Virus record (IMG/VR): IMGVR_UViG_3300042569_001270
Span: 17,340-81,339 of that record
Source of the DNA: a virus
Reading direction: 5' to 3' (one strand)
Length of the DNA: 64,000 nt
The position numbers were made by a program, and so were the translations under genes. The notes beneath the pieces were generated by a model. It searched no databases. It was not told where the DNA came from and saw only the letters and a list, made by a program, of their open reading frames with translations. Numbering within the stretch: the first letter of the stretch is position 1; every line of letters starts with the position of its first letter. Shown here one piece after another: positions 57,600 through 64,000 of this stretch.

Positions 57600-60254
57600 C
57601 TACGCGCCGTTACGCTTCATCGCACTCAGCAAGATGCGCTTGAGTTCCGTCGCAGCGAGCAGCGGCGTCTCAGCGACCTCGTTGATAACGATGCATTTGT
57701 CGTAATACTCTTTCGCGGCCTGCTCCTGCATCGACAAGCAGATCACCTCGATACCGGAAGCTTGAACCTGCTTCACGATGTCCTTGAGGTACTGACGGTG
57801 CTTATTGGTGTTGAAGTCTGACGGTTCAGGGATACCGTCGTCCACCATGAAGATCACCTTCCGCTTCTCACGACGAGCAGCAATGTCTTCAGCCACCCTA
57901 CGCAGGGCCTCACCGTCGTAGGTGTTGGAGCGGGGCTGCATGCGGACCATCTTGTGCTTCACAGCGGCCCACCGTTCCTCCCAGCCCTTGTACTCAGTCA
58001 GGATCAGAGCACCGAGTCGGGTGTAGTGGTGAAGCTCACTGCGATTGATGGTTGCCACGGATCGAGCGTTACTGCCGATGACTCCGTACATACCGCTCGC
58101 CGCTGTCGGCTCTGCTGTGTGACCGACGACCCGGAACGGTACGTTCAAGGCCCCCAAGGTCTCACCGAAGATCAACGCCACCTCTCGTGCCAGTTCCATG
58201 CGTGAGAGGTAGCCGTGGCCCATACAGGCACCACGCTTGATGCACTTGGGATCAGTCACAATCCTCTTGGGGCGGTTGTACATGTCCTTTGCGCCAGAAG
58301 GATCAACCACCTCGCACCGAAGATACGAGCCGGTCTGCATTGAACCGGACTCGTTCACACAGAGAGCGACACACACCTCGTTGTTGTTGAAGGTGTACGT
58401 CGTCCGCTTGAAGACCCGACCACTATCGTCGGTGTCTTTCAAGGCGAACTTGTAGAGGTTGGTAAAGTCGAGATCACCATCCTCCAAGTTACGCATGTGG
58501 CGGGGCTTTGACTGCGTGGTCAGGATCGACTGCAGCTTCCGCTTCATCACGCCGATGTGAGCGTCGGCCTTCCTCGACATCTTGTCGTAGGTCGCCTTCT
58601 CTCTCACCTCGTCGATCAGGTAGTTTGGCATGAGGAGTGGCATGAGATCGTCAATGTGACCGACCTTGTCCCACTCGTTGCTAAAGACGCGGTAGCTGTC
58701 GCCGCTGTACTTGCTCTGGCTAAGCTGCGTAGCGGCCTCGTCTTTGATCAAGCTCTCGATGCTGTACTGGTCGCCACTGGTACCGTTGGGGTTGTTCGGG
58801 TCTTCAAGCTCGTCAAAGCCCCACAGATCGTTGGGCCTGACAGGGCTTGCTGACTCCTTGGCGTTAGGATCACCCGCACCTCCCCCTGCGTCGCCTTCCT
58901 CCAAGTTCGCTTTGTACTCCTCGCCGTCCTCGTCCTCGTCGTCACCACCGGACGGGCCTACGCCATCAGAGCCATCACCGTCGTCTCCGTCTCCTCCTTC
59001 TTCGTCGTCCTCTCCATCGCCGTCCTCTCCATCGCCATCATCGTCCTCTTCCTCGTCGCCGCCCCCGCCGCCCTGACCTTCGGCGTCACCATCGCCCTCA
59101 TCACCTTCTCCTTCATCGTCGTCGTCACCGTCTCCATCACTGCCGTCATCGCTTCCGTCACCATCTCCGTCTGAGTCGTCCCCAGCATCTCCCTCGTCAT
59201 CGTCTCCGTCATCTCCGTCGTCATCGTCATCGTCTTCATCATCCCAATCACGTCCTCCACCCTCTGCAGGATCAGAATCTTCTTCATCGTCTCCGTCGTC
59301 TCCGTCGTCGGACTCAGCAGCCACTGCAGATTCGGAAGGCTCGTCTTCATCGTCATTGTCGTTCTCCTGTTGTGCTTGCTTCTTGAGCTTGTTGGCTTCT
59401 TCTTGGATGATCTGTTGAAACGAGGACTGTGCATTGTTGACAAGCTTGAGCTTTTCGATAATCCGCTCAGCGATGTCGTAGCACTCCTTGGTGGACTGCG
59501 CCCTGACACAGGCCGTGATCTCGGGCTTCAGCTCCTCCAGTACCTTCTGGTACAGCGGGTGAAGGCCCTTGAAGTACCAAGACTTTTGGTACTTACCGCC
59601 ACGGTCTGCGATGTCGAGGAAGCAGGTGAGAATCCTCGCAACAGGAGGCAGCTTGCTCCACCTGTCAGGCTCCACCAGCTTCCGTAACGCCCACTCCGAC
59701 TTGTTAGTGAGATCGACAGCAACGCCAGCCCACAGCTCCTTCATCTTCTTCTCGATGAAGGCGTCCTCGACGCAGTTCCAGACGATCTGGTGCATCTTGG
59801 AGCGGTTGACGAACTGACGTTTTTTGATCTCGCTAAAGTCAGTGTAGACGACGTGACCGACTTCGTGGCTCACGAACCCACGGATAGCCTCAAGGAACTC
59901 AGCTGCTCGCTTCTGTTCCTCCGGCGTCATGCCCTTCCGATCAAGGATTGAAAGGTCGGGAATGACGATGAGGTTGCCGTCCGTGTAGCACTCGGTCCCA
60001 CGACAGACCAACCGGACCTTCTTCTTACTGAGAAGACCGGAGAAGACCTCCAGCGCTTTGCGGAAGGTCTGAATCTCGTGGTTGAGGCCGTTGACACCGA
60101 CTCGGGCACCGCGCCCTTGGATGATAATCTCACCCTCAGGCTTCGGCGGCGGCCAGTTGTTGATCTCATCAGCCAGCAAGTTACCGCTTGAGGTCGCTGA
60201 GCTTGATGTTGGTGAAGCTGAACTTGCGCTGTTGGGGCTTTGCGGGCTGCTCAT
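57600..60254 (-). CDS. CobT-like VWA protein with HExxH domain and acidic linker (start possibly TTG 60179)
   Basis: CYTDG, HEVGH, NCVEDAFIE, long D/E/G linker, NESGSM, NTYDGEA, VDDGIP. Confidence 0.8.
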   Translation of the reverse strand: MSSPQSPNSASSASPTSSSATSSGNLLADEINNWPPPKPEGEIIIQGRGARVGVNGLNHEIQTFRKALEVFSGLLSKKKVRLVCRGTECYTDGNLIVIPDLSILDRKGMTPEEQKRAAEFLEAIRGFVSHEVGHVVYTDFSEIKKRQFVNRSKMHQIVWNCVEDAFIEKKMKELWAGVAVDLTNKSEWALRKLVEPDRWSKLPPVARILTCFLDIADRGGKYQKSWYFKGLHPLYQKVLEELKPEITACVRAQSTKECYDIAERIIEKLKLVNNAQSSFQQIIQEEANKLKKQAQQENDNDDEDEPSESAVAAESDDGDDGDDEEDSDPAEGGGRDWDDEDDDDDDGDDGDDDEGDAGDDSDGDGDGSDDGSDGDGDDDDEGEGDEGDGDAEGQGGGGGDEEEDDDGDGEDGDGEDDEEGGDGDDGDGSDGVGPSGGDDEDEDGEEYKANLEEGDAGGGAGDPNAKESASPVRPNDLWGFDELEDPNNPNGTSGDQYSIESLIKDEAATQLSQSKYSGDSYRVFSNEWDKVGHIDDLMPLLMPNYLIDEVREKATYDKMSRKADAHIGVMKRKLQSILTTQSKPRHMRNLEDGDLDFTNLYKFALKDTDDSGRVFKRTTYTFNNNEVCVALCVNESGSMQTGSYLRCEVVDPSGAKDMYNRPKRIVTDPKCIKRGACMGHGYLSRMELAREVALIFGETLGALNVPFRVVGHTAEPTAASGMYGVIGSNARSVATINRSELHHYTRLGALILTEYKGWEERWAAVKHKMVRMQPRSNTYDGEALRRVAEDIAARREKRKVIFMVDDGIPEPSDFNTNKHRQYLKDIVKQVQASGIEVICLSMQEQAAKEYYDKCIVINEVAETPLLAATELKRILLSAMKRNGA

Positions 60255-60663
60255 TCTTGGTCTCCTTGGCCTCGACGGCCTTCGTGGTTTCCTTGGCAGT
60301 GGTCGTGTTCTTGGTGGGCTGAGTGGGCGTCGGCTCCGGCTCCTTCACGGTGGCCGGAGCGGTGGGAGGTGTCACCTTGGCGGGCTTCTTCCCCCCGAGA
60401 CCCACCGAAACAGTGGGCGGCGGAGGGAAGTTCGGTGTCGTGGTTCCACCGCTAACAGCGATGAAGTCAACGGCGCAGGGGTTGTAGTGCATGATCTTGG
60501 AGGTCGTCTTGTTCCAAGCGATCATGCTCCCTACTGGGGCCGCTGAGCCACACACCGAGCACTTGTTGGGGAACTTTGCATTGATCGGAATCCACCCAGC
60601 GGCTCGAAGGTCCGTTCGAGCCTTGGTGTCTTCCGCTGGCGTCAGGTTCTTAGCTGTCTGCAT
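60181..60663 (-). CDS. hypothetical protein with zinc ribbon
   Basis: AAGGAG RBS; AKF..KC..CG...G..I.W...H..C. Confidence 0.7.
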   Translation of the reverse strand: MQTAKNLTPAEDTKARTDLRAAGWIPINAKFPNKCSVCGSAAPVGSMIAWNKTTSKIMHYNPCAVDFIAVSGGTTTPNFPPPPTVSVGLGGKKPAKVTPPTAPATVKEPEPTPTQPTKNTTTAKETTKAVEAKETKNEQPAKPQQRKFSFTNIKLSDLKR

Positions 60664-60678
60664 CGTCGGCTCCTTGGA

Positions 60679-61767
60679 TTAGACGGTTCCCGTGTTGCCC
60701 TGCTCCTCCTCTTCCGGGGTGGAGGAAGAGGGGAAGGCGACACGAATGATCTCAGTAACGGCGGCCTTCGTCGCTTCTGACGGGTAGCCGTTGAGGAAGG
60801 TGAAGAGAGCCGCCACCTGAACGTCACCGAGGTTCTGGTAGGTGTCGACCCAAGCGAGCAACTCACGAGGCGACAGGGACTCGTCAAGTTCGCCGGTCTT
60901 GAACTTCGACCGGATGGCGTCGGCCACCTTCACGAACTTCTTGGCCTCGCGCTTACCAAGGTCAGGGAACTCCTCAGTGAGAACCTTGATCTCGTTCTCT
61001 TCGCTGAGGTAGTCCATCTGAATCTTAATCGGGAAACGCTGACGGTCAGGGACGGACATGACGTTCGTGGTGCGGAACAGACCGGTCTCGTCACCGGCAC
61101 CGAACGTGTTGGCCGTGGCGATAATACGAAAGTCGGGGTGCGCCTTCACCAGCTCACCCGTCTCCGTAATCATAATGTGGGGGTTCTCCTCAAGGACCGA
61201 GCGGAGGACGGCCATGACGTCGGGGTTGGCCGAGTCGATCTCGTCGAGGATGATGCAGGCACCGAAGCGCATCGCCCTAACGAGCGGCGAGTCCACGAAC
61301 AGCGTGTTGCCGTTACGGGCCTGCCAACGACCAACCACCTCGGAGCGGCTGGTGCTGGAGTCGAACGACATACGGGTGAACGGGTACTTGATCGCCGTGA
61401 GGACGTTGACGGCCAGCTGCGTCTTACCGGTACCGGCGTAACCGGCGATCCAGATTCGGTTTCGCTTGGTCCGGTTGAGGGAGAGCAGGACCATCAGCGT
61501 CTCGGTCTCGGGGAAGATGTACTTGGAGTCGGGCTTCACAGCGAACCACTCAGCAGGGGGATCATTCTCGAAGACGTCGATGGCCAACTCGTCGCCCTCA
61601 GCGTCGAGGCGGGAGAAGCCGAACAGCGCCTTGACGGTCTTGCTGGTCTTGTCGCGGGTCCAAGTGATGGTCGGGGTCGTGGTGGTCGTCGCGGTCATGG
61701 TGTTCTCCTCTTCGGTCGTGGTGGTGGGCTTACGGGTGAGGGTGTTGGTGCTGTTCGCGGTGGTCAT
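60679..61767 (-). CDS. MoxR/CobS-like AAA+ ATPase
   Basis: GYAGTGKT, IILDEID, HPDFRIIATANT.G.G, DRQRF, LSPREL. Confidence 0.9.
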   Translation of the reverse strand: MTTANSTNTLTRKPTTTTEEENTMTATTTTTPTITWTRDKTSKTVKALFGFSRLDAEGDELAIDVFENDPPAEWFAVKPDSKYIFPETETLMVLLSLNRTKRNRIWIAGYAGTGKTQLAVNVLTAIKYPFTRMSFDSSTSRSEVVGRWQARNGNTLFVDSPLVRAMRFGACIILDEIDSANPDVMAVLRSVLEENPHIMITETGELVKAHPDFRIIATANTFGAGDETGLFRTTNVMSVPDRQRFPIKIQMDYLSEENEIKVLTEEFPDLGKREAKKFVKVADAIRSKFKTGELDESLSPRELLAWVDTYQNLGDVQVAALFTFLNGYPSEATKAAVTEIIRVAFPSSSTPEEEEQGNTGTV

Positions 61768-61797
61768 TTTGGTTTCCTCTCAGGGGTTGCGGGTTGA

Positions 61798-62298
61798 CTA
61801 GCGCTTCTTGGAGAGGTTCTTGGCCTCTTCCGAGATCATGTCAGCGGTGGAGTGGCTCTTGGTTGCAGCCTTGGGGGGCTGCTTGGTCTTGACCGGCTCG
61901 CTGATGGTGGTGGTGCGGCGGCCAGTCTCCTTGGAAGCCCAAGGGTAGCGGCTCTTGGCCTTCGGAGAGGCCGTACCGCCCAAAGCGGCTTCACGAACAG
62001 CAGCGATCTGTTCGCACTCACGCTTCGCCTTCTGGAACTCAGCGAAGGACATCTCCGGCTTGTGGTCGCTTCGCAGAACACGGGCCTTCTCAGCCTTGGT
62101 GTAAAGCTGATCGACGCCGCTCTGAATAGCCTGCTTCTGGTCGATGGCGATCATCTTGGTCTTGTCACCGAGGAAGACGAGCTTGGTGAAGACCTTGGAG
62201 CCGTCCGACAGGACCTGCATGTTCCACTGGTCGATGCCGGTCTTGTAGGTGCCGCCGTCGAGGGCCTTGAACGTGAAGATGGGTGCTCCGAAAGGCAT
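61798..62298 (-). CDS. hypothetical early protein
   Basis: First gene of the leftward arm; AGGA RBS; basic C-terminus. Confidence 0.65.
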   Translation of the reverse strand: MPFGAPIFTFKALDGGTYKTGIDQWNMQVLSDGSKVFTKLVFLGDKTKMIAIDQKQAIQSGVDQLYTKAEKARVLRSDHKPEMSFAEFQKAKRECEQIAAVREAALGGTASPKAKSRYPWASKETGRRTTTISEPVKTKQPPKAATKSHSTADMISEEAKNLSKKR

Positions 62299-62354
62299 TT
62301 GGTGATCCTGTTGCTCCCGATGTGAGAGCGGTGTTGGGTGACTTGCAGGGAAAA

Positions 62355-62384
62355 ACATTACTAACAACTTGCAAAGGCCGTCAA
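62355..62384 (-). promoter_or_regulatory. sigma70-like promoter of the leftward arm
   Basis: TTGACG-N18-TAATGT with an AT-rich upstream tract. Confidence 0.55.
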
Positions 62385-62430
62385 CTCATTTTCGTAACCT
62401 CCTTTTCTTGGGTGGGTGGCACCGTCGCCG

Positions 62431-62545
62431 CCTCACACCACTTGGCCCCGTTGCAACTTCGGCGGCATACAGGTTTCGTTGCGGGAGGCGCTGCTGGCCC
62501 CCTCACACCACTTGGCCCCGTTGCAACTTCGCTGGCATAGAGGTT
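62431..62545. repeat. two-copy direct repeat, 31 nt identical core, period 70
   Basis: CCTCACACCACTTGGCCCCGTTGCAACTTCG at 62431 and 62501, similarity continues about 14 nt. Confidence 0.9.
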
Positions 62546-62604
62546 CATAAAAACGCTGGCTGGCCCAAGGCGTGCATGCTACGCTGCCCCAAGGAGGCTC
62601 CAAC

Positions 62605-63519
62605 ATGAGCAAAGACTTCGACCTCGTAGTTATCGACGGCAACAACATGGCCCGCCGCCTTCAGTACGCCCACTCCGACCTGAGCATCAACGTGCCTGAC
62701 GGAGAGGGGAAGGTGCGGCCACTCCCCACAGGAGTCCCTTACGGCTTTGTGGTGCAGCTTGTTAAACTCAAAAAGCTGGCTTCTAGGATTATCGTTTGCT
62801 GGGACGGCGGCAGGAAGATTAGGGCCGACATCTACCCTGCCTACAAGCAGCACCGAGTGGCTCCGCCTGAGGAGGCAGAAAAGCTTTATCAAGAAGCCCT
62901 CGCCCTCACTAAGACGCTGCTCACAGACCTCGGCGTGGCGCAGACCCAGTTGAAGGGGCACGAGGCTGACGACGTGGCCTACTCGCTGGCGAAGGACGCA
63001 GCCACCAGCGGAAAGAAGGCTGTGATCGTCTCCAACGACTACGACTTTCTGCAGGCTGTTACTAAAAATCTTTCTGTCTACGCAGCCCGAAAGGGCACCG
63101 ACATTCTCTACACGGAGCAGAGCTTCACGGAGGAGTACGGGTTTCACCCCAAGCACTGGCTCGACGTCATGTCTCTCTGTGGCGACAGGACCGACAACAT
63201 TCCGGGCGTCAAAGGTGTGGGCGAGAAGTCGGCCATAGACATTGTTAAGAGCGACACCGGCTTCGTGAAGGCTGTCTGTGCTGGCACGGCTCCTGCACCC
63301 TCGTCGCTGCCGAAGCGTTTGCAGACGTTGATGCAGAAGGCCGTGGACGCCGCCGACGATGTTCGGCTGGCTCGTGAGCTTGCAAGGCTGCGTCTGCTGC
63401 GGCCCATAAAGATCACAGAAGGAGCACTCGACGCGAAGAAGGTAAGGCTCACCCTCAACAGGCTCAACATCCAAAGCGTACTCACCGACAACGAGCAGTG
63501 GAACGCACTCATCAACTAG
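62605..63519 (+). CDS. 5'-3' exonuclease / flap endonuclease
   Basis: IDGNN, WDG..R...YP.YK..R, EADD, SND.D..Q, GDRTDNIPGVKGVGEK. Confidence 0.92.
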   Translation: MSKDFDLVVIDGNNMARRLQYAHSDLSINVPDGEGKVRPLPTGVPYGFVVQLVKLKKLASRIIVCWDGGRKIRADIYPAYKQHRVAPPEEAEKLYQEALALTKTLLTDLGVAQTQLKGHEADDVAYSLAKDAATSGKKAVIVSNDYDFLQAVTKNLSVYAARKGTDILYTEQSFTEEYGFHPKHWLDVMSLCGDRTDNIPGVKGVGEKSAIDIVKSDTGFVKAVCAGTAPAPSSLPKRLQTLMQKAVDAADDVRLARELARLRLLRPIKITEGALDAKKVRLTLNRLNIQSVLTDNEQWNALIN

Positions 63520-63527
63520 GAGACAAA

Positions 63528-64000
63528 GTGATCATCCCCATCATCTCAGACATTCACGTTCACAACTGGCGGGAGTTCTCGAAGCTGGACTCCGACGGCG
63601 TACCAACCCGACTCAAGGACACACTCAAGCCGTTCCAAGAGCTTCGCGCTTACATGAAGAGGAACGACCTCACCACGGCGTTCTGTGCCGGTGACGTTTT
63701 CCATAAGCGCAACGTGATTCAGACGCAGAGCTTCAACCTCGCCTTCAACACGGTCGCTCGCTTTGCACAGGAGAACCTTGACCTGTTTATGATCCCCGGC
63801 AATCACGACCAAACGACCAAGGACGGGCAGCTTCACTCACTGCAGCCTATGGCCGAGGTCGCTGCGGTGTTCAGTACGCCTATTGAAAAGGACTTCGGGG
63901 ACACGACCGTTGTCTTCATGCCGTTCTTGGACGACGCACAGGCCACGAAGGACTTTCTCAACGGTCTGCAGCGGCCCAAGAAGGCCAAGCGGGTCATCCT
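63528..64000 (+). CDS. metallophosphoesterase, SbcD/Mre11-like nuclease subunit (partial)
   Basis: ISDIH, AGDVFH, IPGNHD read directly from DNA; AGGAG RBS before GTG; runs off the window. Confidence 0.85.
   Translation, partial: MIIPIISDIHVHNWREFSKLDSDGVPTRLKDTLKPFQELRAYMKRNDLTTAFCAGDVFHKRNVIQTQSFNLAFNTVARFAQENLDLFMIPGNHDQTTKDGQLHSLQPMAEVAAVFSTPIEKDFGDTTVVFMPFLDDAQATKDFLNGLQRPKKAKRVI

Noticed and set aside
58900-59370. Trinucleotide-like DNA repeats (also 55075-55290 and 50925-51070)
   Set aside because: Explained by encoded Asp/Glu/Gly low-complexity tracts
57600-61767. Cobalamin biosynthesis (cobS/cobT) as auxiliary metabolism
   Set aside because: No cobN or other cob genes; generic MoxR-VWA pairs are routinely mislabelled this way
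62431-62545. CRISPR array call
   Set aside because: Only two copies, sequence after each copy is also similar, and no cas genes in the window; kept as a repeat
62533-62548. sigma54 promoter TGGCATAGAGGTTCAT
   Set aside because: The -24 element fits but the -12 GC is missing in both repeat copies
1-64000. Dispersed TTGAT/ATCAA words as IHF or FNR sites
   Set aside because: Sites inspected (732, 8453, 14179, 14417) lack the IHF N4-TTR element and a second FNR half-site
1-64000. Motif explained simply by 5mC deamination of TTGNCAA
   Set aside because: TTGNCAA is still readily found (near 1465, 4156, 4561, 5893, 39019) and the only methyltransferase seen is amino-type; not excluded without counts
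1-64000. Stop-codon reassignment
   Set aside because: Standard code gives dense full-length genes ending in TAA, TAG and TGA

Overview
The whole window reads as part of a large, GC-rich (about 60% by eye), contractile-tailed dsDNA phage genome whose head and tail gene order resembles SPO1/Twort-like myoviruses. All calls come from motif recognition and gene order; no database search was run. Layout: (1) + strand 1-37.1 kb: end of a giant SF2/SNF2-type helicase protein, a HipA/PI3K-like kinase, prohead protease, scaffold, major capsid, neck, sheath, tube, a chaperone pair with a likely +1 frameshift, tape measure, baseplate, two paralogous fibre modules and lysis genes. (2) + strand 37.2-45.7 kb: SF2 helicase, DnaB-like helicase, DNA methyltransferase, primase, class II RNR and ThyX. 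(3) - strand 45.8-62.3 kb: small accessory genes including a Tad2/DUF2829 fusion, RecA, SSB, UvsY-like, PolA and a MoxR-VWA pair. (4) A divergent control region with a tandem repeat, then a 5'-3' exonuclease and an SbcD-like nuclease. I saw no tRNA, rRNA, integrase, cas or reverse transcriptase genes. The most unexplained signal is a genome-wide excess of short AT-rich words (TTGATAA/TTATCAA, TTATTAA, other TT-N3-AA forms and TGATC), written into coding sequence against the codon bias. Other leads are the helicase-kinase cassette in the head module, the duplicated three-gene fibre modules, an atypical PolA active site and a 14-nt motif shared by the helicase and methyltransferase start codons.
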